Program-made: the position numbers and the translations under genes
Part shown: one piece after another, positions 47,632 to 56,787 of the stretch
Position numbering within the stretch: position 1 is the stretch's first letter
Layout of the letters: every line of letters begins with the position of its first letter
Notes under the pieces: generated by a model
The model's input: only the letters and a program-made list of their open reading frames with translations
Databases searched by the model: none
What the model was told of the DNA's origin: nothing
Source: an uncultured delta proteobacterium
GTDB lineage: Bacteria > Bdellovibrionota > FAC87 > UBA2466
Length of the DNA stretch: 64,000 nucleotides
Assembly: GCA_963778115.1 (NCBI GenBank)
Contig: CAVZSV010000004.1
Coordinates: forward strand, 2,464,001-2,528,000
Reading direction: 5' to 3'

Positions 47632-48486
47632 CTAATGCTGGAGTTTCTTTTGGAGCACGGCGTCGACTCGGCGAAGCGTCCACCATTCGGCAGGAGAGGC
47701 TTTCGGATCGTACTCGCGATAGTTGTCATAGATGGAGCTAATGAGTTTGCCGTTTAGCGCGGCGGGTTTTTCTTCAAACAACCAAGCCGCTAGTTCGGCC
47801 GCTCGGTGAGGATCCTCTCCGCCTTCTTCCCATCTGCGCTTGGCCTGCTCATATTCCTGCCCCACTCGATCCGCTCCCATTTTTACGACGGCTTCGGTCA
47901 TTGAGGTTCTAAGTCCACCGGGTGAGATAGCATAAAAGCGAAGCTCTGGATATTCTTGGGCCAAAGTTTCGGTGAGGCGCACTAAGGCGGCTTTCGATGT
48001 CGCATAGGAGGAAAAGCGGGGGCGGGGGAGAGTTGCGCCTCCTCCGGATAGGTTGATGATAACGCCTCCCTCTTTATTTTTAAGAAACAGCGGAATGACC
48101 TGCTGAATGGCAAATACCGGTCCCATGAAGTTCGTCTTTATCGTCTGAGAAAAATTTTCATAATCCACTTGGTGTAGCAGGCCCGCCTCTCCTTGAACGG
48201 CAGCGTTGTTAATGAGACAGTCGATGTTTCCGTAGGTTTGAAGGGCTTTTGAGATCCATCTTGAGATATCGGCTTCGATAGAGATATCTCCCGTTACCAA
48301 TTGAACTTCGGGAAAGCGCTTTTGGAGGGATGAGATCGCCTCTGCACGTCTGACTAGCACCGAAAGCCGATGCTTCGCTTGGGAAAAGCGTTCTATTAAA
48401 GACTCAGCAAGTCCCCGATACCCCGTGATCAATGTGACGGGAGGATTGCTTACTTTTTTCAGGGGTTCGTTCGGGTTGGTTTTCAT
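47632..48486 (-). CDS. short-chain dehydrogenase/reductase
   Basis: LINNAA, NLSGGGA, YATSK, LTETLA, ISPG. Confidence 0.88.
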   Translation of the reverse strand: MKTNPNEPLKKVSNPPVTLITGYRGLAESLIERFSQAKHRLSVLVRRAEAISSLQKRFPEVQLVTGDISIEADISRWISKALQTYGNIDCLINNAAVQGEAGLLHQVDYENFSQTIKTNFMGPVFAIQQVIPLFLKNKEGGVIINLSGGGATLPRPRFSSYATSKAALVRLTETLAQEYPELRFYAISPGGLRTSMTEAVVKMGADRVGQEYEQAKRRWEEGGEDPHRAAELAAWLFEEKPAALNGKLISSIYDNYREYDPKASPAEWWTLRRVDAVLQKKLQH

Positions 48487-49489
48487 GGCGACCTCGGCTA
48501 TCCGACAGATTAACTAGGACACGGCTGCCTTCCATATCGAATCGATATCGCAACTCTCTTAGTCCTTCAGCAAGCATGGTGCGTCTCAACTGCTGATGGC
48601 GATTGCTCGTATAAAGTACGAAAAAGCCACCGCCCCCGGCGCCTGTGATCTTACCGCCAAGCGCACCGTTATTCTTTGCGATTTCATACAAGCGATGGAT
48701 GCGACTATCGGCTACTTTGGTGGAGAGTTTTTTCTTGGCTTCCCAATGCTCGTCCATCAACAACCCAAACTGATCGATATTGCCCGCTTCCAATGCTTCA
48801 ATAATTTCGTATCCGATATCTTTGATTAAATGAAGGCTATCGGTTACGGAGACTTCAGATTTGCGAACGGCACTATCTTGATCGCGCAAGATAGAGTCCG
48901 CATCGCGAGTCATTCCGGTATAGAAGATAAGAGTGTTTCGATTCAGTTCGTCTATGGTAGTGAAATCCATCTTAGCCTGTCGGACGCGGACCTTGCCGTC
49001 CGTTTCGATTTCAAGAATCGGCAGGCCGCCGTAGGCCGCTAGATATTGATCTTGTTTTCCCACGGCCTTTTTCAAGACATTCATTTCTAAATGGCAGGCG
49101 GTTTCGGCGATTTCAGCAACGGGCCTGGGCTCACGCTTTAATACGTAAAGCGCGTTGAGTAGCCCCACCATGTAACAGCTCGAAGAGCCAAGTCCGGTTC
49201 CCGCCGGAATATCCGCCATGGAGATGATTTCGATGGCGTTAGTGATATTCAGCCGGTCGAGCGCCGCTTTGGCCAATTCGTGCTGTAATTCGCTCACCGA
49301 CTGGACCGTTTCCGATTTCGAGTATTTTACTCGAACGAGGTCATCCACAATGGGACGGTTCACGGAAATGTACATGTACTTATCAATGGCGGCGGCGAAG
49401 ATAAGTCCCCCATAACGGGAGTAATAAGAGGGGAGATCGGTGCCTCCTCCTCCTAAAGTGAATCGAAATGGGGTTCGCGTGATAATCAT
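48404..49489 (-). CDS. GHMP sugar kinase (HddA/LmbP-like)
   Basis: RTPFRFTLGGGGTD, PAGTGLGSSS, GKQDQY, GGKITGAGGGGF. Confidence 0.93.
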   Translation of the reverse strand: MIITRTPFRFTLGGGGTDLPSYYSRYGGLIFAAAIDKYMYISVNRPIVDDLVRVKYSKSETVQSVSELQHELAKAALDRLNITNAIEIISMADIPAGTGLGSSSCYMVGLLNALYVLKREPRPVAEIAETACHLEMNVLKKAVGKQDQYLAAYGGLPILEIETDGKVRVRQAKMDFTTIDELNRNTLIFYTGMTRDADSILRDQDSAVRKSEVSVTDSLHLIKDIGYEIIEALEAGNIDQFGLLMDEHWEAKKKLSTKVADSRIHRLYEIAKNNGALGGKITGAGGGGFFVLYTSNRHQQLRRTMLAEGLRELRYRFDMEGSRVLVNLSDSRGRHENQPERTPEKSKQSSRHIDHGVSGTC

Positions 49490-49650
49490 GACGAAGGGGG
49501 AAATATAGCTATTCCCCGGGGTGTCGTCAAAAGACTGTTTTGTCGGCGTAAACTATCGAATTATAAAAGCTATCTGCTGCTCTTTTATCTTCACACGGAA
49601 TAGAAGCCTCTTTCCACGCAAGCCTTTTTGGATTACCCATAGAGCGAAGT

Positions 49651-50382
49651 ATGAATCTGAGCATCATTATTCCCGCCTACAACGAGGCCAAAAAGATAGC
49701 GAACGATGTGAATGCTATCGCCAGCTACTTAGCCCTTCAACCCTTTGACTCCGAAGTGCTCTTCGTTGACGACGGAAGTCGTGATGAAACGATAGCCCGA
49801 ATCGAAAAGGCGATCGAGAAAATTTCAGCCCCTCGCGTTACGTTTCGAGTTCTCTCCTACGGCGCAAATCGAGGAAAGGGTTACGCCGTACGCTATGGAA
49901 TGCTTCGGGCTGAAGGAAAGTATGTTGGTTTCGTCGATGCCGGCCTGTGTGTTCCTTTCTCTTACGTCTCCTCGGCCCTAAAGAAACTCGAAGAAGGTTT
50001 TGATTTTGCCATCGCTTCCAGGCGAGTGGAGGGAACGCGAATTGAGCAGCCCCAGCCTCTCTATCGCAGAACGGGTTCGAAAGTATTTTTGCATTTGATG
50101 CGGGCGGTGATGGGTATAAAAGTTTCTGATACGCAATGCGGATTTAAATTTTACACTCATGAAGCTGCCCAAGAAATATTTTCTCGCGTGAAAACAGACG
50201 GCTTCATGTTTGACGTGGAAGCTCTTATGGTAGCGGGTCAATTAGGATTGCGAGGAACAGAGTTTGGTGTCCAGTGGTCAAATGATACCGACACCAGGTA
50301 CCATCCCGTGAAGGGAACAATTCGGAACATGAAAGAGATTCTTCAAATTCGAGTTCGGACCTTATTGGCCAAAGGAGCTTAG
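49651..50382 (+). CDS. GT2 glycosyltransferase, polyprenyl-phosphate hexosyltransferase-like
   Basis: IIPAYNE, VDDGSRD, NRGKGYAV, DTQCGFK, FDVE. Confidence 0.9.
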   Translation: MNLSIIIPAYNEAKKIANDVNAIASYLALQPFDSEVLFVDDGSRDETIARIEKAIEKISAPRVTFRVLSYGANRGKGYAVRYGMLRAEGKYVGFVDAGLCVPFSYVSSALKKLEEGFDFAIASRRVEGTRIEQPQPLYRRTGSKVFLHLMRAVMGIKVSDTQCGFKFYTHEAAQEIFSRVKTDGFMFDVEALMVAGQLGLRGTEFGVQWSNDTDTRYHPVKGTIRNMKEILQIRVRTLLAKGA

Positions 50383-50389
50383 AGAAAGC

Positions 50390-51370
50390 ATGACGCCAGA
50401 ACGGATCATCGTAACGGGAGCCGCGGGTTTTATTGGGAGTAATCTTACTAAGAGACTACTTGCCGAAGGGTATCAGGTTATTGCCATTGATGACTTGTCG
50501 GCTGGAACTTTGGAAAATATTCCTGTCGGCGCTGATTTTCGGAAGATAGATATTCGAAGTTCCGATTTTGAGAGGCACCTTGAAGGGGGGCACACGATCT
50601 TTCATATGGCGGCAAAAAACTGCCTTGCGGATTGCGCGGCTAATCCGACACTCACTGCTGATATCAATGTGGTGGGAACGGCGAACGTATTGCGAGCAGC
50701 CGTAAATCAAAGGGTAAAACATCTGATCTACTCCGACACCTCGGCGGAGTATGAGGGAGTTACCGACTTTCCTTCCAAGGTAGACAAGGTGCACCCCCTT
50801 TCAATTTATGCCTGTAGCAAACGCGGCGCCGCGCTGATGTGCGAAGCGTTTTCCCATCTTCACGGATTGCAAGTGAGTACGGTACGCTACTTCAATGTCT
50901 ACGGGCCCGCACAAGACTGGCGCCGAGTGATTCCACCGGTCATGAGTGCTTTTACGATTAAGCTTTTTTCCAAAGAGGCTCCTTTCATATACGGAACGGG
51001 AGAGAAGCGAAGAGATTTTATTCACGTCGACGATGTTAATGAGTTTCATCTCAAATTGGTCCGCGAAAAAGCGATTCGCGGAGGAACCTATAATCTGGGT
51101 TCGGGAAAAGACTATTCGATTTTACAAATTTTTGATCTCATCGAGAGCGGAATTAAAAGCGGAATCAAACCCATCTTCAAGCCGGAGTTACCCGCGGAAG
51201 CAGAGCGTACTCTCGCCGATATTTCCGAGACCGTGAAAACGGGATGGACTCCGAAAATTGAGATCGGTGAGGGGGTACGGAGTTTTATAGAATATACAAG
51301 GAAACGGCTCGAAGAGAAAAAGGTGCCCGTCGACTTTCAGGACCTTTTTGAAAAAGGGAAAAAGCAATAG
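50390..51370 (+). CDS. NAD-dependent epimerase/dehydratase
   Basis: TGAAGFIGS, YACSK, RYFNVYGP, RRDFIHVDD. Confidence 0.92.
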   Translation: MTPERIIVTGAAGFIGSNLTKRLLAEGYQVIAIDDLSAGTLENIPVGADFRKIDIRSSDFERHLEGGHTIFHMAAKNCLADCAANPTLTADINVVGTANVLRAAVNQRVKHLIYSDTSAEYEGVTDFPSKVDKVHPLSIYACSKRGAALMCEAFSHLHGLQVSTVRYFNVYGPAQDWRRVIPPVMSAFTIKLFSKEAPFIYGTGEKRRDFIHVDDVNEFHLKLVREKAIRGGTYNLGSGKDYSILQIFDLIESGIKSGIKPIFKPELPAEAERTLADISETVKTGWTPKIEIGEGVRSFIEYTRKRLEEKKVPVDFQDLFEKGKKQ

Positions 51371-51396
51371 GTCCCGAAAGTCGACGGGCACCCTTT
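51318..51396 (-). terminator. 28-bp inverted repeat, terminator-like on the minus strand
   Basis: arms 51318-51345 and 51369-51396 differ at two positions, both G-U pairs in minus-strand RNA; the stem ends in a U-run on the minus strand. Confidence 0.55.
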
Positions 51397-51765
51397 CCGC
51401 ACCCTTTCCTCCGACTAACTTATTTTCAAATTAGCTAACTTCCTCATCATTTTCAGCTCCTTACCTACTGAATTCCACAAGTGTCACTTCCCTCTACAGC
51501 ATTCAGCTAGGTATCGTCGTTATTTCAATGAGTTGAATAATAGCGCGATGGGGCTGAAAAAAACAGTAACGACTGTCCAAGAGCTATCCACTTGATGTCC
51601 ACAAAAGCAATTTGGCTTTGTCTTCACCTTACTTTGGAGACTTAGCCTCTGCGTTTTTACGAACCCGAATCTGGTTCGCTGATTGCAATCACTAATCAAT
51701 AGGAAAAACAAATTCTACTTGTTTGCGCGTTGCCCAAAGTGTGTTCGCAACCGCATGGAGCAGCT

Positions 51766-52464
51766 ATGAAGAAGCAAATTTTAGTTGGTTTGACGAGTAT
51801 TCTGCTGACGGTATTTACCGCCTGTGGAGGAAATTCCGATCAACCTCCACCTCCAGTAGCTTTAAATGGCGGACCGCAAAATCCCGCTGATATTCAGGCC
51901 CAACAAGCTTTGCAAAATTGGATTCAACAAGCCGTTCAGATCTGTAGCCAAGCGGCTTGTCAGTTCGCGCAGCAAAATCTTCCGAATCTTATTCCCGGTT
52001 ATGGTGGCGGGATGGCGGGTCCCGGTGGTCCTGGAATGCCAGGTGCCGAGCCCCCTCAAGCGATGGGTGCGATGCCGGTAGGATTTTCTCCTGGTGGTCC
52101 CGGAGGATTTCAACCACCCCCTGGAATCAATACGGCTCCTACCCCTTCGCAAGGAGCCTGTCAGAACGCGGTTCACCAAGTGACGGCGAATCTTTCCACG
52201 ATGGGTAACGGTACCTATCAACAGCGTCCTGACGTGCAGGCGTATATTCAACAAGCTTTTTTCCAACCCATCGGAACTCAGGTCGCTCAGTGCGTTCCTC
52301 CGATGTTTAGTAACCCGCAATTCATGCAAGGATTAATGCAGTTGGGAAGTGCGTTTTCTAGCACCATCGGATTAGGTGCTGGAGTTCCACCCGGTGCTTT
52401 ATCGCAAATTCAAAATGGGTTTCAAACCCAAATGGGATCGCTAGCGGGTGGTTTTCCTCACTAA
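51766..52464 (+). CDS. Gln/Gly/Pro-rich low-charge lipoprotein
   Basis: GGAG RBS; MKKQILVGLTSILLTVFTAC lipoprotein signal. Confidence 0.8.
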   Translation: MKKQILVGLTSILLTVFTACGGNSDQPPPPVALNGGPQNPADIQAQQALQNWIQQAVQICSQAACQFAQQNLPNLIPGYGGGMAGPGGPGMPGAEPPQAMGAMPVGFSPGGPGGFQPPPGINTAPTPSQGACQNAVHQVTANLSTMGNGTYQQRPDVQAYIQQAFFQPIGTQVAQCVPPMFSNPQFMQGLMQLGSAFSSTIGLGAGVPPGALSQIQNGFQTQMGSLAGGFPH

Positions 52465-52469
52465 GCGTT

Positions 52470-53021
52470 TCACTTCCACTTAATATTGCAACCGACGCTA
52501 GGCTTTTGCTCTGAGTTGGGGAGCTTCCCCGCCAAGATAGCTTCAACCGCCAACGTAAGATCCTTTCCCGTGACTGCGATTCCGTTACCCGGCCGGCTAT
52601 CATCCATCTGTCCTCGATAGACCAACTTTTGATTGCTATCAAAGAGAAAAAAGTCCGGCGTACAGGCCGCTTGGTATTTTTTCGCGACCTCCTGCGTCTC
52701 GTCATAGAGATAGGGAAACGAATAGTGGTATTTTTCTTTTTCTATTTTCATCTTTTGAGGACTGTCTTCGGGATGGCTGTCAGCGTCATTGGAGTTGATG
52801 GCGATGACCGCTAGCTTTTTCTTGTCGTATTGCGCCGTTATTTTAGCAAGCTCTTCCCGGATGTGCTTCACGTACGGGCAGTGATTACAAATAAACATGA
52901 CAAGATAGCCCTGACTTCCTTCGAAATCGGAGAGGCTAACTCTGCGCCCCTCTGTGTCAGGAAGTGCGAAGTCGGGAGCTATGGTGCCGAGTGGCAACAT
53001 TGTCGATGGAGTTAGCGCCAT
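52470..53021 (-). CDS. thioredoxin-family (AhpC/TSA-like) protein
   Basis: APDFALPD, FICNHCPYV, AACTPDFFLF, YRGQMDD, GCNIKW. Confidence 0.93.
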   Translation of the reverse strand: MALTPSTMLPLGTIAPDFALPDTEGRRVSLSDFEGSQGYLVMFICNHCPYVKHIREELAKITAQYDKKKLAVIAINSNDADSHPEDSPQKMKIEKEKYHYSFPYLYDETQEVAKKYQAACTPDFFLFDSNQKLVYRGQMDDSRPGNGIAVTGKDLTLAVEAILAGKLPNSEQKPSVGCNIKWK

Positions 53022-53103
53022 GGATAAATCCTTTCGCGTTTGCGACCAAAGTCTTCTGTGTTAAAGTTTTCCAATCTTAATTTCCTAAATCGTCGCTAGT
53101 CAC

Positions 53104-53913
53104 ATGAAAAAATTTATTTATCTCCTCGCGGTGGTAATGCTATCGGGCTGCAACGTTTTCGAGCCCTTCGATACCAAGTCGACGACTAACGATCTGATGG
53201 AATTAGCGACTCAGTGTCTCGACAATGGCGATTTTGGCTGTGCCATCAACTACTACAATCAACTTCCCGCAGGGCTGCAAAGAGACCAGAATCTTTGTGT
53301 CGTCTATCTGGCAAAAGCAGGAATGACGATCGATACCCTAATCAATATCATCAACGCGGGTTCCAATTCCAATTCTCAGATGGTGTTAGGTCAGGTGGCT
53401 CAAGCGATGATGCCGTGGAGTTCAACTCAATCAAGTGATATCCAAAGTGCTGTCACGAGTTGCAATAACTTTTCGACAGATACCTCAGCCGACACCACTG
53501 CTGCACTCTTAGTGGCGATTTCCTATTTCACCGATTGTGCGGTAAGGATCGCGCGGACCGATCAATTTGTGGGAGGAACCCCCACGGCCGATGGGGGTAA
53601 TGCTTCCAATAATGACGATCACGATACCGTCTGCATGACTCCGGGACTACAAGCAGGCAAGGTCACGGCGGAGGGGGTGGGTTATGACGGTCTGAGTCCG
53701 CTTCAAACCGGAATGTGCCAGACCGATGTGGTCCAGTGTCAGAGCGATATTCAAAATGTTCTCACTAACAGCGATTTAAAGAACGCCTTAAACAACAATG
53801 GCCTTAGTTACATTGTAACCGCTTTCGAAAATGTACCCCCCTCGGTCCAAAATACGGGCATTGCACTCGATACCGCCAGATACGGAATTTCACAAACGGT
53901 GCCGGCTAACTAA
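53104..53913 (+). CDS. Cys-containing helical lipoprotein
   Basis: MKKFIYLLAVVMLSGC lipobox; TPR-like first helices; 8 further Cys. Confidence 0.8.
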   Translation: MKKFIYLLAVVMLSGCNVFEPFDTKSTTNDLMELATQCLDNGDFGCAINYYNQLPAGLQRDQNLCVVYLAKAGMTIDTLINIINAGSNSNSQMVLGQVAQAMMPWSSTQSSDIQSAVTSCNNFSTDTSADTTAALLVAISYFTDCAVRIARTDQFVGGTPTADGGNASNNDDHDTVCMTPGLQAGKVTAEGVGYDGLSPLQTGMCQTDVVQCQSDIQNVLTNSDLKNALNNNGLSYIVTAFENVPPSVQNTGIALDTARYGISQTVPAN

Positions 53914-55379
53914 TGAAAAAACTCCTCATTTTTGTTGCCATCTTTTGTAGCACCGCACTTGCCATTGACGAGTTCTATTCGACGATGAGAAGCGTTCGGG
54001 CGATGGGCATGGGCGGCGCCTTTTACGGCCTTTCCGATGACGAAAGTGCTCTGTTTTATAATCCCGCGGGCTTGGCCAATTATCGAGGTGAGCCTAAGAT
54101 GATGTTAAGTTTCGGGGCTGATCTCTCAAGTTCGGCGATCTCCAATGCCAGCACCCTCTGGAATATCGTAAAGGGAAATATCAACGAAACCCAGGTTCTC
54201 GATTCGCTGGGGACGCTCCCTGGAGATCCCGTCTATGTCGAAGCCAGAGCCATGCCGTTTTTCTACCTGTCCAAGGATTTTGCCGTAGGCTTTGTCCTTG
54301 CCGATCCCAAAGCCGAGTTGACATTGCTCGGAGCTCAATTGGATAGCAGCGTCGATCTCACCTTATTATCGGATTCAGGGATATTCGTAGGGTACGCAAA
54401 ATCCTTCATGGACGACGCCCTTAAAGTAGGAATTACTGGCAAAGGCATTTTGCGTATTGGGGGGACCAAACAATATTCTATTTTAGAATTGGCTCAGCAG
54501 AGTACCTTTTCGTTTAATCCTGAAAACATGGGTGGTGCTGGATTTGGAATCGACTTTGATGTGGGAGCAATTTATGACGTTCCCAACCTTCCTTTTGGCC
54601 TCTTAAATCAGGTTTCGCTTACTTTTAATAATGTGATGGCGAGTACTCTGAGTATGTTCACCTTATCTGGGTACTTACCGCCTCCGGGCCTAGAAAGAAC
54701 GGTGTCCCTTGGTTTCCATTCGGTATTTGCGGGTGTGGGAATTATCGATAACTTCCATGTGCTGTTAGATTTCTCTCAGTTTGCTATCGGGGGACTTGAA
54801 GATCCCAATTTGGGAGCACGCTATGGCAGCTTCTTTAAGCACGTCGATTTGGGACTTGAAGTCCCTATCCGACAATTTTTCGTGTTGAGAACCGGATTAT
54901 ACCAAGGAGCTCCTACGTTTGGATTTGGATTTAGGACTCCCTATTTCGACGCCGATTTCGCTACCTATTCCGAACAGGATTTTTTGGGCTTGGATCGACT
55001 CACCAGCCAGCGTTATGCGCTTCAAATATCGTTCGGACTTGGGGCAGCACCCCCGCCTCCTGTCTCCGCGAGACATGCCTCGCCGTCAGGCTCAGGAACG
55101 GGAACTACTCAAAAAACGCCTTCACCAAAGGGCGTGGATCAGGCTCCTGCACCTCTAATGAACGACATCGAAATTCGCTTGGAGCAGCCGGAAATCAAAG
55201 AGGGGCCGGCTCCGGTGCAACATTTGGATCCTGCCCCCCCACCACCACCGTTTTCTTCCCCCCGTCCGGGGGGGCCTCCTCCGCAGGCCTCGGGAAAGCA
55301 AACTCCCAAGTTGACGACGCCACCCCCACCGGACAATGATCGTTTCGAAGTGGATAAGCTTTTGAAAGAAGAACCATAG
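53913..55379 (+). CDS. outer-membrane beta-barrel (TraF_2/FadL/PorV-like) with Pro-rich C-terminal extension
   Basis: signal peptide; SVRAMGMGGAF...ALFYNPAGLA plug motif; alternating beta strands ending YALQISFGL, then about 110 aa of Pro-rich tail. Confidence 0.8.
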   Translation: MKKLLIFVAIFCSTALAIDEFYSTMRSVRAMGMGGAFYGLSDDESALFYNPAGLANYRGEPKMMLSFGADLSSSAISNASTLWNIVKGNINETQVLDSLGTLPGDPVYVEARAMPFFYLSKDFAVGFVLADPKAELTLLGAQLDSSVDLTLLSDSGIFVGYAKSFMDDALKVGITGKGILRIGGTKQYSILELAQQSTFSFNPENMGGAGFGIDFDVGAIYDVPNLPFGLLNQVSLTFNNVMASTLSMFTLSGYLPPPGLERTVSLGFHSVFAGVGIIDNFHVLLDFSQFAIGGLEDPNLGARYGSFFKHVDLGLEVPIRQFFVLRTGLYQGAPTFGFGFRTPYFDADFATYSEQDFLGLDRLTSQRYALQISFGLGAAPPPPVSARHASPSGSGTGTTQKTPSPKGVDQAPAPLMNDIEIRLEQPEIKEGPAPVQHLDPAPPPPPFSSPRPGGPPPQASGKQTPKLTTPPPPDNDRFEVDKLLKEEP

Positions 55380-55409
55380 TGATTGTTTGAGCAAGCAAGT
55401 GAGGCAACC

Positions 55410-56771
55410 TTGAGACGCATCTTTTCTAGTATCGTAGTTCTGTCTTACTTTTTTATCCCGGCACTCCATGCCGCCGATTACGAGAAGGTAAAAGAGAACA
55501 CATTATTCAACGGCGAAAAACTTTCCGAATATAAGCTTCCTAACGGCCTTCGGGTCTTATTGTTACCCAGGCATCAGGCGAAAGTCCTCACTTTCCAAAT
55601 CTGGTTCAATGTCGGCTCGCTCGATGAGAAGCTCGATCCCAAATTGAAAAAGACGGGCCTGGCTCATCTTTTTGAGCACATGATGTTTCGGGGAACGGAA
55701 AAGGTTCCGGATGGAAAGTTTGATGATTTGACCTCTCGGATGGGGGCCGCGGGGCAAAACGCCTCTACGTATTTCTATAGGACTAATTTTTTCGAAAGTA
55801 TTCCTTCAAGGCAGCTGGAGAAGCTCGTCGTGTTGGAGTCCGATCGGATGCAGAATTTAAAATTGGATCATGAGGGGTTCGAAAAGGAAAAAGGAGCGGT
55901 CGTAGGTGAACTCAGACGCCATTTGGATACGCCAGCAGGGATTGCAAACGATGCGCTCGTCGCCGAGGTCTATGAGGTCTCCCCTTTCCGATACAACATT
56001 CTTGGGACGGAAGAAGAGATTAAAGGTTTCAGTCTCGAAGAGGCACAGTACTTCTACAAGACCTTCTATGCACCCAATAACGCGACGATAGTGGTGGTAG
56101 GAGATACGACAGAGCCCGAGCTGATGAATCTAGTGGTTAAGTATTACGGTCCGATGAAATCACAAAAAATTCCGAAGGAAACGGTTCCCGTCGAGCCTCC
56201 TCAGAAGAAAGAACGCATTAAAGAGGTCCTGCACCCTCAAGCCACTTCAGAGATGTTGCTCATGGCGTATCGTAGTGCGCCTGTGGAGTCGCAGGACATG
56301 ATTCCCCTCTCGTTACTCTCGGCTCATCTGACTTCTGGAATGGAAAGCCGACTTAGAAAGATCTTGATCGACAAAGGAATAGCAGTCGGAGCCGCCGCTT
56401 TTACCATGAATCAGCCCGATCTCTTCGAATTCTACGTCCAGTTAGCGGAAAAGCATAAAGCCGAAGAAGCGATTAAAGTGATCGATGCGGAAATCGCTTC
56501 TCTACAAAGAAAACCCATTGGGCATGATGCTTTTACGCGCGCTTTAAACCAAGAGTTGCTTGGTCTTTATTCCTCCATGGGAAACAATTCAGAAATGGCC
56601 GGTTGGCTCGGCGACTATTTGACGGTCGGCAATGACTACATGCGAGGATTTGAAATTATCGAGGGATATAAGAAGCTCACCCCTGCCGATCTCACAAAAG
56701 TTTCAAAAAAATACTTGGTAAAGCACAACCGATCCATTGTGATCGTGCGGCCCCAAAAGAATGCTAAATGA
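55410..56771 (+). CDS. M16-family zinc peptidase, catalytic subunit, exported
   Basis: TGLAHLFEHMMFRGT, NAST, LESDRM, YAPNNA; signal peptide ending ALHA; start approximate. Confidence 0.93.
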   Translation: MRRIFSSIVVLSYFFIPALHAADYEKVKENTLFNGEKLSEYKLPNGLRVLLLPRHQAKVLTFQIWFNVGSLDEKLDPKLKKTGLAHLFEHMMFRGTEKVPDGKFDDLTSRMGAAGQNASTYFYRTNFFESIPSRQLEKLVVLESDRMQNLKLDHEGFEKEKGAVVGELRRHLDTPAGIANDALVAEVYEVSPFRYNILGTEEEIKGFSLEEAQYFYKTFYAPNNATIVVVGDTTEPELMNLVVKYYGPMKSQKIPKETVPVEPPQKKERIKEVLHPQATSEMLLMAYRSAPVESQDMIPLSLLSAHLTSGMESRLRKILIDKGIAVGAAAFTMNQPDLFEFYVQLAEKHKAEEAIKVIDAEIASLQRKPIGHDAFTRALNQELLGLYSSMGNNSEMAGWLGDYLTVGNDYMRGFEIIEGYKKLTPADLTKVSKKYLVKHNRSIVIVRPQKNAK

Positions 56772-56787
56772 CGAAGGGCAAATCATC

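Noticed and set aside
53913..55379. conjugative TraF / ICE
   Set aside because: No relaxase, T4SS or integrase in the window; only the barrel family resemblance
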